From the NCBI GenBank assembly GCA_963668645.2, contig CAXXWC010000010.1, positions 96,001-160,000 on the forward strand: a stretch of 64,000 nt of DNA, read 5' to 3'. Every line of letters starts with the position of its first letter. Position 1 is the first letter of the stretch. The notes below the pieces were generated by a model that searched no databases, was not told where the DNA came from, and saw only the letters and a program-made list of their open reading frames with translations. Shown here in pieces: positions 28,358 through 39,700 of this stretch. The stretch comes from Desulfobacterales bacterium. Lineage in GTDB: Bacteria > Desulfobacterota > Desulfobacteria > Desulfobacterales > UBA2174. Both the position numbers and the translations under genes were made by a program.

Positions 28358-30376
28358 TCAACGTCCCAGCAGCGCCAACGCGCGCTCCACTACGTGGTCC
28401 ACGGTAAAGCCGAACTTGGCCAAAACGGTCCCCCCTGGGGCCGAGGCACCGAAGTGATCGATGGAAACCACCGCCCCATGCTCGCCGACATAACGCTCCC
28501 AGCCCATGGAAAGTCCGGCCTCGACAGCCAGCCGGGCCTTGACCTGCGGGAGCAGAACGGTGCTGCGATAATCGGCCCCGGCCTGTTCGAAAAGCTCCCA
28601 GCTGGGCATGTTGACCACCCGGGCGGCGATCTTGCGCGCGGCCAGCTGTTCGCGGGCCGCCAGGGCCAGGTGCACCTCGGCCCCCGTGGCGATGAGAATC
28701 AGGTCCGGTTCTCCCTGCGCGTCGGCCAGCACGTATCCACCTTGGCGCAGTTTGCCGCGCGTGGCGGCCGGATCAAGAACGGGCAGCTTCTGGCGGCTGA
28801 GCACCAAGGCCACCGGGCCGTTGCCGCGGCGGATGGCGGTGCGCCAGGCCTCGCCGGTTTCGTTGGCGTCCGCCGGACGGATCACGGTAAGGTTGGGAAT
28901 GGCCCGCAGGGCCGCCAGATGCTCCACCGGCTGGTGGGTCGGCCCGTCCTCACCCACCGCCACGCTGTCGTGGGTAAAAACGTAGATCACCGGCAGCTTC
29001 ATCAGGCTCGCCATGCGGATGGCCGGGCGCATGTAGTCGGCAAAAACCAGGAAAGTGCCGCCGTAGGGGCGGATCCCGTTGTGCAGGTAGAGGCCGTTGA
29101 GAATGGCCCCCATGGCGTGTTCCCTGACCCCGAAACGGATGTTGCGCCCCGCGTAGGCCCCTTTTTGAAATACAGCCTCGCCGTTGAGAAAAGTCTTGTT
29201 GGACGGGGCCAGGTCGGCCGACCCGCCCATGAGGCTCGGCAGGCGCCGGGCGATGGCGTTGAGAACCGTTCCGGAGGCCCCGCGCGTGGCCACCGGCCCC
29301 TGGTCGGGACCGAAGGTCGGCACCTCGGCGTCCCAGTCGGCCGGCAGGTGGCCGCTCATGGCATTGACCCAGGTTTCGGCCAGATCCGGATCAACCCGCC
29401 GGTAGGCGGCAAACGCCTCCAGCCAGGCGGCTTCGGCCTCGGCGCCTTTTTCCACAACCGTACGGAAATGGTCGCGCACCGCATCCGAGACGCAAAAGGC
29501 CTGATCCGGGGTGCATCCGAGGCAGGTTTTGGTCTTGCAGACTTCCTCGGCGCCCAGGGGTGAGCCGTGGGCATCGGCCGTGTCCTGCTTGTTGGGACTC
29601 CCGTAAGCGATGTGGGTGCGCACCATCACCAGCGACGGGCGTCCGGTCTCGTCCCGGGCAGCCGTGAAGGCGGCGCTCAGCGCATCGAGATCGTTGCCGT
29701 CGGCCACGGCCACCACATGCCAGCCGTAAGCCTCGAAGCGTTGGCCCACGTTTTCGCTGAACGTGATATCGGTGGGCCCCTCGATGGAAATCCGGTTGTC
29801 GTCGTAAATGCAGATCAGCCGGCCCAAACCGAGATGACCGGCCAGGGAGGCCGCCTCGGCGGCCACGCCCTCCATCAGGTCCCCATCGCCGCAGACCACC
29901 CAGGTGCGGTGATCCACGATCTGGTGGCCGGGCCGGTTGAAGCGGGCCGCCAGGTGGCGTTCGGCCATGGCCATGCCCACGGCGTTGCCCAGGCCCTGGC
30001 CCAAGGGGCCGGTGGTAGTTTCCACCCCCGGGGTATGGCCGAACTCCGGATGCCCGGGCGTCTTGCTCCCCCACTGGCGGAAGTTTTGCAGATCTTCCAG
30101 GCTCAGGTCATAGCCGGTCAGGTGAAGGAGGCTGTAAAGGAGCATCGAGGCGTGGCCCCCCGAAAGCACGAAGCGGTCCCGGTCGAGCCAGTCGGGGTTG
30201 CGCGGGTTATGCTTGAGAAATCGGGTCCAGAGCAGGTAGCCGACGGAGGCCAGGCCCAAAGGGGCCCCGGGGTGTCCGGACTTGGCCTTCTCAATGGCGT
30301 CCATGGCCAGGGTGCGGATGGTATTGATCGCCTGGGTCTCGATGGTCGGTCCATCAATGGCCGGGGTCGGTGTCAT
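28358..30376 (-). CDS. tkt: Transketolase
   Basis: [60 protein letters not shown] at 30376 with AAAGGAG RBS. Confidence 0.97.
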   Translation of the reverse strand: MTPTPAIDGPTIETQAINTIRTLAMDAIEKAKSGHPGAPLGLASVGYLLWTRFLKHNPRNPDWLDRDRFVLSGGHASMLLYSLLHLTGYDLSLEDLQNFRQWGSKTPGHPEFGHTPGVETTTGPLGQGLGNAVGMAMAERHLAARFNRPGHQIVDHRTWVVCGDGDLMEGVAAEAASLAGHLGLGRLICIYDDNRISIEGPTDITFSENVGQRFEAYGWHVVAVADGNDLDALSAAFTAARDETGRPSLVMVRTHIAYGSPNKQDTADAHGSPLGAEEVCKTKTCLGCTPDQAFCVSDAVRDHFRTVVEKGAEAEAAWLEAFAAYRRVDPDLAETWVNAMSGHLPADWDAEVPTFGPDQGPVATRGASGTVLNAIARRLPSLMGGSADLAPSNKTFLNGEAVFQKGAYAGRNIRFGVREHAMGAILNGLYLHNGIRPYGGTFLVFADYMRPAIRMASLMKLPVIYVFTHDSVAVGEDGPTHQPVEHLAALRAIPNLTVIRPADANETGEAWRTAIRRGNGPVALVLSRQKLPVLDPAATRGKLRQGGYVLADAQGEPDLILIATGAEVHLALAAREQLAARKIAARVVNMPSWELFEQAGADYRSTVLLPQVKARLAVEAGLSMGWERYVGEHGAVVSIDHFGASAPGGTVLAKFGFTVDHVVERALALLGR

Positions 30377-30542
30377 GGGATTCTCCTTTCTGCGGTGGTT
30401 TGGATGCCCGGGCATGGCTGCCTTGGTCGTCCACCACCGGTAAGCCTTGGTGCCAAAATCAAAAAAGGTAAATAATGCCAGCTGTATCGAGCGGGTTGAT
30501 ACAATGCTTTGAAAGGGGATGCAACCCCCCAAGGCGCAGCGT

Positions 30543-31412
30543 TTACAACGCCCTTAAAAATTCCGGCTTGAGGGCCACACGCCCGGCCAGGGCCGCGTCG
30601 ATCAGGGCCAGCGTTTTCTCGCGGTCCTCTGGCAGGCGGGCCCGGATCGGCAGGTAGTTGGACGCGTGGTTGGCGTGAAACAGCCCCCCGGAAAGCCGGG
30701 TATGGGCGATCATGGTGCGCAGTTCGGCCAGGAGTCCCATGGGATCCGGCATATGAAAGCGCCCCTGCCGCTGATCTTCATAGAGCGGCGTTTCCGGAAT
30801 CAGCATCAGGCTCAGGGCCCCCACGTACTCGGGATCGATGGCCGACAGGACCCGGCCGGTGGCTTCGGCGTGCACGGCCGAACGCGCAACGCCCGCCAGA
30901 CCGAGAAGCACGGTGACCGAAAGCTTGATCCCCGCAGCCCGGGCCTTGCGGCCCATGGCGATCATCCGCTGGCTGTCGGCCCCCTTGCGCACCGCCTGCA
31001 AGGTCTGGTCGTCGCCCGATTCCAGGCCCATGTATGCGATGCCCAGGCCCAGGGACTTGAGTTCGGCCAGTTCGGCATCCGATTTCATCGCCAGCCCTTT
31101 GGTATTGGCGTAAACTCCCACCCGTTCGACCCACGGCAGTTGGCGGCGAATGGCTTCCAGGATCGCCACCAGACGCTTCTGGGGTACGATCAGCGCATCG
31201 CCGTCGCACAAAAAAAGGCGCCGCTGGCGCCGGGCGTAACGGGCGGCAAAGGCGATATCGGCCATGATGATCTCATCGGATTTGATCTTGAAGCGCTCAC
31301 CCTTGTACGCTCCGCAAAAAGTGCACTTGTTATGGCTGCAGCCCACCGTGACCTGCAGCAGGATGCTCTGGGCCTCGCTGGGAGGACGGATGATATTGCC
31401 TTCGTAATGCAT
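30543..31412 (-). CDS. Radical SAM protein
   Basis: RPPSE, CxxxCxxC (CSHNKCTFC), GLESGDD, NHASNY. Confidence 0.9.
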   Translation of the reverse strand: MHYEGNIIRPPSEAQSILLQVTVGCSHNKCTFCGAYKGERFKIKSDEIIMADIAFAARYARRQRRLFLCDGDALIVPQKRLVAILEAIRRQLPWVERVGVYANTKGLAMKSDAELAELKSLGLGIAYMGLESGDDQTLQAVRKGADSQRMIAMGRKARAAGIKLSVTVLLGLAGVARSAVHAEATGRVLSAIDPEYVGALSLMLIPETPLYEDQRQGRFHMPDPMGLLAELRTMIAHTRLSGGLFHANHASNYLPIRARLPEDREKTLALIDAALAGRVALKPEFLRAL

Positions 31413-31504
31413 TGAATCGCTCCGTGATTGGCGTTAAACAAAGGATATCATCATACCTGAAACCCTGGGTCAAAAACACCTCTAAATATAGAGATGGCGG
31501 TTCG

Positions 31505-33472
31505 ATGCGGCGCTGGCCTCTATCAGCAATTCTATCTTTTTGGCTCCTGACTTCTCTGTTCACTTTCCGGTGCGATGCCGATTGCCGGGCCGGCACGAAA
31601 GGTGAGGGCAGCGGATCGGTTCAACGCGCTGCCAAAGACCCGGTCGACCACCGGGGACGCCCCCTGTACAAACCGGGCGAGCTGCTGGTGGTTTTTGCCC
31701 CGGGGGCGAGCGAGGCCGATATGACCGCCTTGCATGGCCGCACCGGTGCGTCCATCGCCGGCAGGACGCGCCGAAACCGGCTCCAGCGGCTGCGGTTTTC
31801 CGACTCCAGTACGGCCCTTGCCGCCATGCAGCGCTACCGGAAGGCTTCCACGGTGGTTCACGTCGAACGCAACGCCCTGCGCTATCCGCAAGCCGAGCCG
31901 AACGACACCCTTTTCGGCCAGCAGTGGGCCCTCGAACGCATCGCGGCGCCGGCAGCATGGGAATTCACTTCCGGCAGTCCGCAGGTGGTGATCGCGGTGA
32001 TCGACTCGGGCGTGGCCTGCCAGCACCCGGATCTGGCGGCCAATATCTGGGTCAACCAGGCCGAGCGCGACGGGATCGCCGGTTTCGACGACGACGACAA
32101 CGGGTATGTGGACGACGTGATGGGATGGGATTTCGCCGGCGCCTCCGGCACGCAAACCGATCCGGACGCCGATCCTTCCGACAGCTCCGCCAGCGGCCAC
32201 GGCACCCACGTGGCCGGCATCATCGCCGCGGTGGGCAACAACGCCCAGGGCGTCGCCGGACTTTGCTGGAGCGCAAGGCTCATGGTTCTCAAGGTCAAGG
32301 CCGACGATTCCGAGTACTACGACACCTACGACATCATCCAGGCCCTGGACTATGCCCGTGAAAACGGGGCACGGATCGTCAACTGCAGCTTCGGTGGACC
32401 GGACCGGTCCGATCTGGAGCAAGATGCGTTCCAGCGCCTCCAGGACGCCGGCATCATCACCGTTTGTGCGGCCGGCAACAGCGGGCTCGATCTGGACGGC
32501 GGGCAACCGCTCTATCCGGCCAGCTACAATCTGGCCAACATCATCGCCGTGGCCGCCGCCACCCCGACCGACACGCTGGCCGCTTTTTCCAACTGGGGGC
32601 CGCTCTCGGTGGACCTGATGGCCCCGGGAGAGCAGATCTACTCGACGGTTCCCGGCGACTCCTACGCCGAGGCCAGGGTGATAGCGCCGCATGCGGTCCA
32701 TCCGGCCATCGGGCTGCTCTACGCCGGCACCACCGAAGCGGAAGGCATCACGGGTGAATTGGTCGAATGCGGCGAAGGGTATGCCGATGAGTTTCCATCC
32801 GGACTCCAGGACTATGTGGCGCTGATCTGGCGCAGCGACGCGGCGGCCAATTTTCTCTTCTCCCGCAAGGTGGCCAACGCCCAGGCCGCCGGGGCCGCTG
32901 CGGTGATCATCGCCAACAATCGGGTCGACGACCTGGATCAGAACGGCGGCACCCTGGGGACTGCCGGAAGCTGGCCGCCGGCGGTCAGCGTGACCCAGAC
33001 CGCTGGCCAGGCCCTGGTGACAAAGGCCGGCCAAACGGTGGCCGTCGTCAACCGGCTGGAAACGACCCCCGAGGCTTATGCCTACAGCCAGGGCACCTCT
33101 ATGGCCGCTCCGCATGTCAGCGCACTGGCGGGTCTGATCTGGTCCCGTAACGGGCCCATGGCGGACCATCAAGTCAAGGCGGCGATTCTGGAGGGCGTGG
33201 ACCGGATAGCGGGACTGAGTGGCAAGCTGGTCTCAGGCGGCCGCGTCAACGCCCAGAAAACCCTTTGCATCGCCGCGCGGGTCAACGGAGATTTGAATTG
33301 CGACGGCCGGGCAGGATTGGAAGACGCCATCAGCGCCGTGCAGTTGATCGCCGGGCAGCATCCGTTCGCCTGCCGGGCCTGCCTGGCGGCCGGTACCGAT
33401 CCGTTGCCGGATGGAATCGTTTCCCAGGCCGATGCCGTAGCCGTGTTACAGCACCTGGCCGGGTTGAGATGA
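31505..33472 (+). CDS. Secreted S8 subtilase with PA-domain insert and C-terminal dockerin-like/EF-hand pair
   Basis: Signal peptide from ATG 31505; catalytic triad VIDSG, HGTHVAG, GTSMAAPHV; AAGN; KVANAQAAGA.AVII; GDLNCDG...LEDAI. Confidence 0.9.
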   Translation: MRRWPLSAILSFWLLTSLFTFRCDADCRAGTKGEGSGSVQRAAKDPVDHRGRPLYKPGELLVVFAPGASEADMTALHGRTGASIAGRTRRNRLQRLRFSDSSTALAAMQRYRKASTVVHVERNALRYPQAEPNDTLFGQQWALERIAAPAAWEFTSGSPQVVIAVIDSGVACQHPDLAANIWVNQAERDGIAGFDDDDNGYVDDVMGWDFAGASGTQTDPDADPSDSSASGHGTHVAGIIAAVGNNAQGVAGLCWSARLMVLKVKADDSEYYDTYDIIQALDYARENGARIVNCSFGGPDRSDLEQDAFQRLQDAGIITVCAAGNSGLDLDGGQPLYPASYNLANIIAVAAATPTDTLAAFSNWGPLSVDLMAPGEQIYSTVPGDSYAEARVIAPHAVHPAIGLLYAGTTEAEGITGELVECGEGYADEFPSGLQDYVALIWRSDAAANFLFSRKVANAQAAGAAAVIIANNRVDDLDQNGGTLGTAGSWPPAVSVTQTAGQALVTKAGQTVAVVNRLETTPEAYAYSQGTSMAAPHVSALAGLIWSRNGPMADHQVKAAILEGVDRIAGLSGKLVSGGRVNAQKTLCIAARVNGDLNCDGRAGLEDAISAVQLIAGQHPFACRACLAAGTDPLPDGIVSQADAVAVLQHLAGLR

Positions 33473-33954
33473 TGGCCGCCCGGCTCCAACCGGCGGCTGC
33501 AGGGGTTATCCCCGGATCGCCGCTGCCCGCCCGGCAGGCGCCGACCTTTCTTTCGCCAATTTTCCCGATCCGGCCTCCAACGCTTCATTCCCCTCGCTAA
33601 AATCGAAAAATCTCGGATTCAGAGGGAATCGCTAAAGGACCGTGGCGGTCCCTTGACAAGGGTGGGAGTTTCTTGTTAGTCGATCTATTTATATCTCATC
33701 AGCCAGCCCAAGAAGCGATTTTCTTTAAATAAATTGGCGTGTCAAAAAGCAATTTAAAGTGGAGCGCAAGGCTCCACTTTGATCATTCTTGAACCGGATT
33801 TGCGCACAGACTGACAAGCCTCTCGCACCAGAGACATCCGCTTGTCAGGGAAAGCCCGATGCGACCTCTTACCGCGAAAACCATAGCCGTTCAGGCTGGC
33901 AGCGATATGCCGGCCGCCCTGCCTATTACCTGTCCGATGGAGGAAAATGCGCCC

Positions 33955-35460
33955 ATGAGTTCTCTGCTTAGATCCTTAGGGCTTGCCGCTTTGATAACGG
34001 TGGTCTGCTCGCCTTTGTGCGCCCGGGCACAGGTGGGCAGGGCCTACTACGACGCCGGGGTTTTCGCCTATGAAGACGGAGACTACGCCCGGGCAGAAGC
34101 CCAATTGAAAAAAGCGGTATCCATCGAACCACAAAATCCGTACATCCTGCATTACCTGGGCAAGACCTATCTGGCCACCGGGCGCTTCACAGAGGCGGCC
34201 GGCCTTCTGGAACAGGCCTGGCGCATCGAGCCGCGCATACCGGAACTGGCATATGACCTGGCCACCGGCTATTTCAAGATGGAAAACTATCCGCAGGCGA
34301 TCCGCTTTTACGATGCGGCCCTTTGCGAGGATCCGTCGGCCGTTCTGGCCAGATATTACCTCGGCATCAGTTACCTTAAGACCGAACAATACCAACAAGC
34401 CCTCGACCATCTTTTGCTGGCCGCCGACCGGAGCCCCACCATCCGGGACAACGGGTATTATTTCGCCGGAGTTTGTTACCAGCGGCTCGACCGATTGGAG
34501 AAAGCCGTTGAAAAGTTCACCTACGTCATGGACAACGCCGCTTCGTCCAGCCTGCGTGAAAATGCACGGCACTGCCTGGCGGCCGTCAACCGCCAGCGGC
34601 GATCGATCAAGCGTTACAGCCTCTATTTTCAAACGGGTTACATCAACGACAGCAATGTGCTGCTCGAAGCCGTTGGCCAGGACTTGCCCTCGGGAAAGCG
34701 CGACAGCGCCGTGTTCGGCTATTTTTCCGGCAGTTATGACTTTCTCAAGACCGGGACCTGGACCCTTGGCGCCGGCTACAGCCATTACCACCTCGACTAC
34801 CAGCGCCACGACGAATTCGATCTTGGCGCCAGTCTTCCCCGGATCTACCTTCGCAAGCGATTCGAACCGGTGGTTTTCTCCTTGACCTATACCCCCCAGT
34901 ACTACTGGCTGGGCAATGACGATTACTTGAAAAAACACGAGATCCGCCCCGACCTGCTCTGGCGCATCACCTCCAGTCTGGACGCCCGCCTGGCTTATGC
35001 CCATGAGGTCAAGGATTACTTTGACGCCATCGATCTTTCCGGGCACGCCGACAAGGTCGATGCAGATCTTTTTTTCACCCTGCCCGGCAATCGGCTCCAG
35101 TTGCATGGCGGCGGCGGCCATGAGGTCAACAGCGCCGATGTTTCGGCTCAGGACTACCGGCGCACCCAATTGCGGCTGGGCGCGATGGCCTGCCTGCCCT
35201 GGGCGTTGCGGCTGCACGTCACGGGAAAATATACGTTCAAGGACTACCCGAATCCAAACCCGGCTCTGGGCCATTTGAAACGGGAGGATGAGACCCTGGA
35301 AGCACTTGCCAACCTGTCCCGCGGCATTTTCTACGACTGGCTGCAGATTACGGCCGAATACCGCTACACCCGGAACGACTCCAATATCCGTTACAACGAC
35401 GTCGACATCTTCGATTATGACCGCCATCAGGTGACCGTGTCCCTGACGGCCAGCTTCTGA
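33955..35460 (+). CDS. TPR-repeat protein with a C-terminal outer-membrane beta-barrel
   Basis: Signal peptide; about 5 TPR units; alternating aromatic beta-strands; ends QVTVSLTASF (terminal Phe beta-signal); GGAGG RBS. Confidence 0.82.
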   Translation: MSSLLRSLGLAALITVVCSPLCARAQVGRAYYDAGVFAYEDGDYARAEAQLKKAVSIEPQNPYILHYLGKTYLATGRFTEAAGLLEQAWRIEPRIPELAYDLATGYFKMENYPQAIRFYDAALCEDPSAVLARYYLGISYLKTEQYQQALDHLLLAADRSPTIRDNGYYFAGVCYQRLDRLEKAVEKFTYVMDNAASSSLRENARHCLAAVNRQRRSIKRYSLYFQTGYINDSNVLLEAVGQDLPSGKRDSAVFGYFSGSYDFLKTGTWTLGAGYSHYHLDYQRHDEFDLGASLPRIYLRKRFEPVVFSLTYTPQYYWLGNDDYLKKHEIRPDLLWRITSSLDARLAYAHEVKDYFDAIDLSGHADKVDADLFFTLPGNRLQLHGGGGHEVNSADVSAQDYRRTQLRLGAMACLPWALRLHVTGKYTFKDYPNPNPALGHLKREDETLEALANLSRGIFYDWLQITAEYRYTRNDSNIRYNDVDIFDYDRHQVTVSLTASF

Positions 35461-35492
35461 AAGCTTGCAGGGTGGAAGACGAGGAAAGACGC

Positions 35493-36617
35493 ATGCGTAA
35501 AATCTTCATGATGCTGATAGGGCTCATGCTGACGGCGGGCTGTTTCGGGGCTAAGGCAAACGCTCAGGATTTGATTCCCTCCGCGATGCCCATCGAAGAC
35601 GAATACCGCCAGGGCATCGGAAAGCCGGTGGGCACCGTCGTCACGGCAAGAGGCGAGGTGGTCATCATCCACAAGGGTGAAACCACCGGCTTTCGGGCCA
35701 GAAAAGGACTGGATCTTTTCGAGGCCGACACGGTGGTCTGCCTGGACGAAAGCCTGGCGATCCTGGAAACGGCGGACGGAAGCCGTCTGAGCCTGGCCGC
35801 CCGGACCCGCCTGAAACTGACCAGAAGCGTTTTCAGCGCCAGAGACAAGGATCGCTCTTCCTTCTTTAATCTGGCGATCGGGAAAGCCCGTTTTTGGATC
35901 ACCAAGCTGGCCGACTTCAAGCGGTCCGAGGTGCGCGTGATGACGCCCACCGCTATATTGGGGGTCCGCGGTTCCGACTTCATCGTGACAGCAACCCAGA
36001 CCATCACCCAGGTCACCACCCTGGAAGATACACTCCTGGAGGTCTTCAACAAGCTTCTGCCCGAACGGCCGCCTGTCATGATGGCATCGTTCCAGCGCTC
36101 TATGGTGGAAACCACCACCCCGCCCACGCTGCCCGAACCGATTACGCAGCAAGAGGCCGCCGACATCGTCACGGACGTGCCAAACGGGCAACAGGACGTC
36201 GAGAGTGAAAAAGAGACCGCATCGGCCAGTGCCGTCGCTGACAGTACCGCAACCGAGACGAAAACAGACACCAGCGTGTCAGAGAGCCAAATCCGGGTCC
36301 GGACCGACACCGTGATCGAGCCCGAACTTGCAGCGACCGCCTCCGGCACGGCTGCAGAAAGCAACGTGACTGAAGCGCAAACCGGCACGACAAGTTATCG
36401 CCAGGCGACCCTGGTCGAAGAGACGGCGTTGATCCCGCCCGAGGAGATCCCCGAGGCGATCCTCACGCAGACCGAAACGCCCGGCATTGAGACCTTCGAC
36501 AGCGATCGCCAGGAACAGATCAGCAGCATCCAGGAAACCCAGGACAACAGCCTCAAAGAAGTCCAGGAGGAGAACGTGGTGACGCGATTGCCTGATTTTC
36601 CGTTGCCGCCAAAGTAG
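35493..36617 (+). CDS. Exported FecR-domain protein with a Thr/Glu-rich C-terminal tail
   Basis: Signal peptide; G.V....GEV, DGS.L.L...T.L.L, V.TPTA..GVRGSDF. Confidence 0.82.
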   Translation: MRKIFMMLIGLMLTAGCFGAKANAQDLIPSAMPIEDEYRQGIGKPVGTVVTARGEVVIIHKGETTGFRARKGLDLFEADTVVCLDESLAILETADGSRLSLAARTRLKLTRSVFSARDKDRSSFFNLAIGKARFWITKLADFKRSEVRVMTPTAILGVRGSDFIVTATQTITQVTTLEDTLLEVFNKLLPERPPVMMASFQRSMVETTTPPTLPEPITQQEAADIVTDVPNGQQDVESEKETASASAVADSTATETKTDTSVSESQIRVRTDTVIEPELAATASGTAAESNVTEAQTGTTSYRQATLVEETALIPPEEIPEAILTQTETPGIETFDSDRQEQISSIQETQDNSLKEVQEENVVTRLPDFPLPPK

Positions 36618-36710
36618 GGTTGGAGCGCTGCTGCGGTCCTTTTGACCGTCCATCGCCCTGAATCCGAAGGATCGGACTTCAGGCCAAGCACTCTTTCAGG
36701 GAGTCTTCCT

Positions 36711-39700
36711 ATGTCACGCCACTCTTCTTCTGCGGGCTACGGTTTGAGAAGCATCCTGCTGGTCTTGATGGTCGTCTGTGGTTTGATCGCGCCCACCTTT
36801 TGGGGTGGAAATCTTTTTGCAGTGGGCGAAGCGTTGACCTTCAACGGCTCCGTGATGCATCGGATCGGGGCGGATGGAAATGACTATACCGTTTTTGACG
36901 TTGAAATGATCAATTTCAGCGGGAACTTGCCGGATGACATCGGCCAGATCTCCGTAACCTACGATAACGGAACCGGCCAGCCCGTGGATCTCGGTCTGAC
37001 CAAGGCCGACTTTACCTATTATTCTCAATTCAACGAATTTTACTGCCAAACCCAGGGCGCTCCGGCTCTGGGCACTTACACCTTTACCGTCACCGCCGGG
37101 CAAACCGAGTCCGCCGACACCGATACCCAGACCGTCATCCGCGACCTGCCGGTGCCCTACAACGGCAGTCTCTACCCGCTGGCCGACAGCACGATCTACC
37201 GGCCCAGGCCGACCTTCTCCTGGCAGCCGCTGGCCTGGTACACCGAAACGCCGCTTTACTACCGCTTTGAAATCGCCGACGACAACAACGGTAATGCGGG
37301 CGAGCGGGTGTTCGCCACCCAGCGCCACCCGGACATGTTCCATTTCACCCTGGATGCTGACGCCAACCCCGGCTATCCCGTGACGATTCCCACCCTGACG
37401 CCGGGTGCCACCTACTGGTGGCGGGTGCGCGTCACCGATGCGGACAGCTACAAAGCCACCGAGAACCGCCATGACACCGAATGGCGCAAGTTCACCATGG
37501 CCGCGGCCTTTCCCGCATATGCCCAGCCGCCGTTCATCACCGACGACACCCTGGGGGCGATCACCTATTCGAGGCCGGACTCCGATCCGGTGCTCTACTT
37601 CTGGATGAAGGTGGTCGATAACGAGGGAATCCCCGAGGGCGGCACCACCCATCAGGTCAAGGTGGCCACGCCGGCCGGGTCCCCGGCGGCGGGAATGGAG
37701 CTGATGCTCCGTTTTTACCAGGGTCTGGATTGGGATGCCGGACTGAACCGCTACCGGGCTGCTTATTACGAAAGCGATTTTATCTATACCGGAGACGCCG
37801 AGATCGCCGATTTTGCCGGAGATTATCTGTTTACGGTCACCGACACGAGCGGCAATTCGTCGAGCTTTACCGACAACCTGACCGTCAGCCCGGTCGAGCC
37901 GGTGGCCCAGGCCTCCATCCGGATTGAAGGGCAATCGCTGGATGCCGCGCCGGCCCCTCCAACCGTCACCACCACCCCGACCTTCACCTGGGATCCGTCC
38001 GCCAGCCCCAACACCAGCCATTACCGGGTCAGAATATATCAGAACAATGCAACGACGGTGGTTTGGAACGGGATTACCGCCGATACGACCTGCACCGTGC
38101 CGCCCGGGGTCCTGGAGACCGACAGTACTTATCGATTCCGGGTGGAGGCCCGGGACGGCCACAATGGCCTGGAGATGGACAACTGGGCCCGAACGCCGGC
38201 AAACCCTGAAGATTATTTTGTATTTTACACCGGACAGTCCGGCGCCAGCACCCCTTTCATCGATCTGAACTACCACGGGGTGTTTTCCAACACCCGGGAA
38301 CTTTACGGCACCTCGCTCAGCTTCTGGGTCAAGGTGCACGACGCCCAGGGGGTGCCGGGCAACATCAAGTCCGTCAAGGTGACCTGGAACGACGGGACGG
38401 CCCAGGAGGAACACCTCTATTATGATCCGAACCGGGGGGGCGACACCACCAGCGGTATATACTGGTGCGAGACCTTTCATGGGCCTTCAAACGCCACCTA
38501 CACATTCATCGTGGAAGACTGGGACGGAAACACGAACAGAGTGACGGAGGTCTTGGCGGCAAATCCCATCGGATTTCCGCCCGCCGCTTCCCTCGGTCCC
38601 AATCCGTCCTTGAACACGCCCTTGGACAGCACCGGGGTAAACTTCTCCTGGGATGCGGTGCCCGGGGCCGCTTTCTACAGGGTTCGCATCTTTGACAAGT
38701 ACTCGAATCGATACGATTTCAACACGACCGACAATTTTCTGGCCCTGCCCCCCGGCTTTCTCGAAGACGGCGCCTTTTACCGCTACAAGATTCAATCCCA
38801 GAGGGAATTTCTTGAAGAAAATATCGACAACCTGTCCGAGAGCCCTTTCGACAGCTACGACTATCCCGATTTCATGACCAGTGCCCGGGCCGGCGGCACA
38901 AGCCCGCCAACCATCGATCTGGGCGATGCAGGGGCCTGTGTGCAGGTCATGAACGTCCCCTTCCTTGACGGGGCGATCTATGTGCTCTTGCTGGATGCCG
39001 ACGTCACCGACCCCGACGGGGTGCCGGAAAACATCAAGACGGTGACGGTGACCTACCCGGACGGCATCACCACCCGCGAGTTGTCGTTGGATGACGTCAC
39101 CGGGACCACCGCCGGCGATTACCAGGCACAGGTGATCGTTTTCGCCGATCCGGCCGAAATCCAGCAAGGCGTCTACACTTTCACGGTCACCGATTTTGAC
39201 GGCAACTCGGCAACGGTCACCGACACCCTGACGGTCGATCCGCTGCCGGAAGCGGTCACCCCCCTGTGGCCCCAGCCAGACGGGGTGGCACCGGTCACCG
39301 GCACGGCCATCGACTGGACCGACGTTCCCGGGGCCGCCGCCTATGTTGTCGAAATCAAGAAAGATTATGAAGAAATTCACAAAAGCGAACCGATGACTCA
39401 AAGTTACTACCAGGTGCCGGACGGCGTGCTGGCCGACAAGGGCACCTACAGCTATCGAATCTTTGCGCTGCGCGAGGATCCGACCACAGAGGATGTAGAC
39501 AACGTTTTCAGTACGGACGTGGCATCCGACAGCGAAGAGCCCCACTTCATGGCGTTGAGTCTGGTGGACACAGACGGCGACGGGATGGACGACAACTGGG
39601 AGATCCAGTGGTTCGGCAACACTGCGACCGCCGGTGCCGCCACCGACTTCGATTCGGACGCTCTGGCGGATATCGATGAATACGCCAACAGCACCAATCC

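Noticed and set aside
31412..31504. Subtilase starting at 31412 and sharing a base with the divergent radical SAM start
   Set aside because: The signal peptide begins at ATG 31505; the extension is more plausibly the divergent promoter region
33734..33750. sigma54 promoter TGGCGTGTCAAAAAGC upstream of the adhesin operon
   Set aside because: The GG-to-GC spacing is 11 nt rather than the required 10
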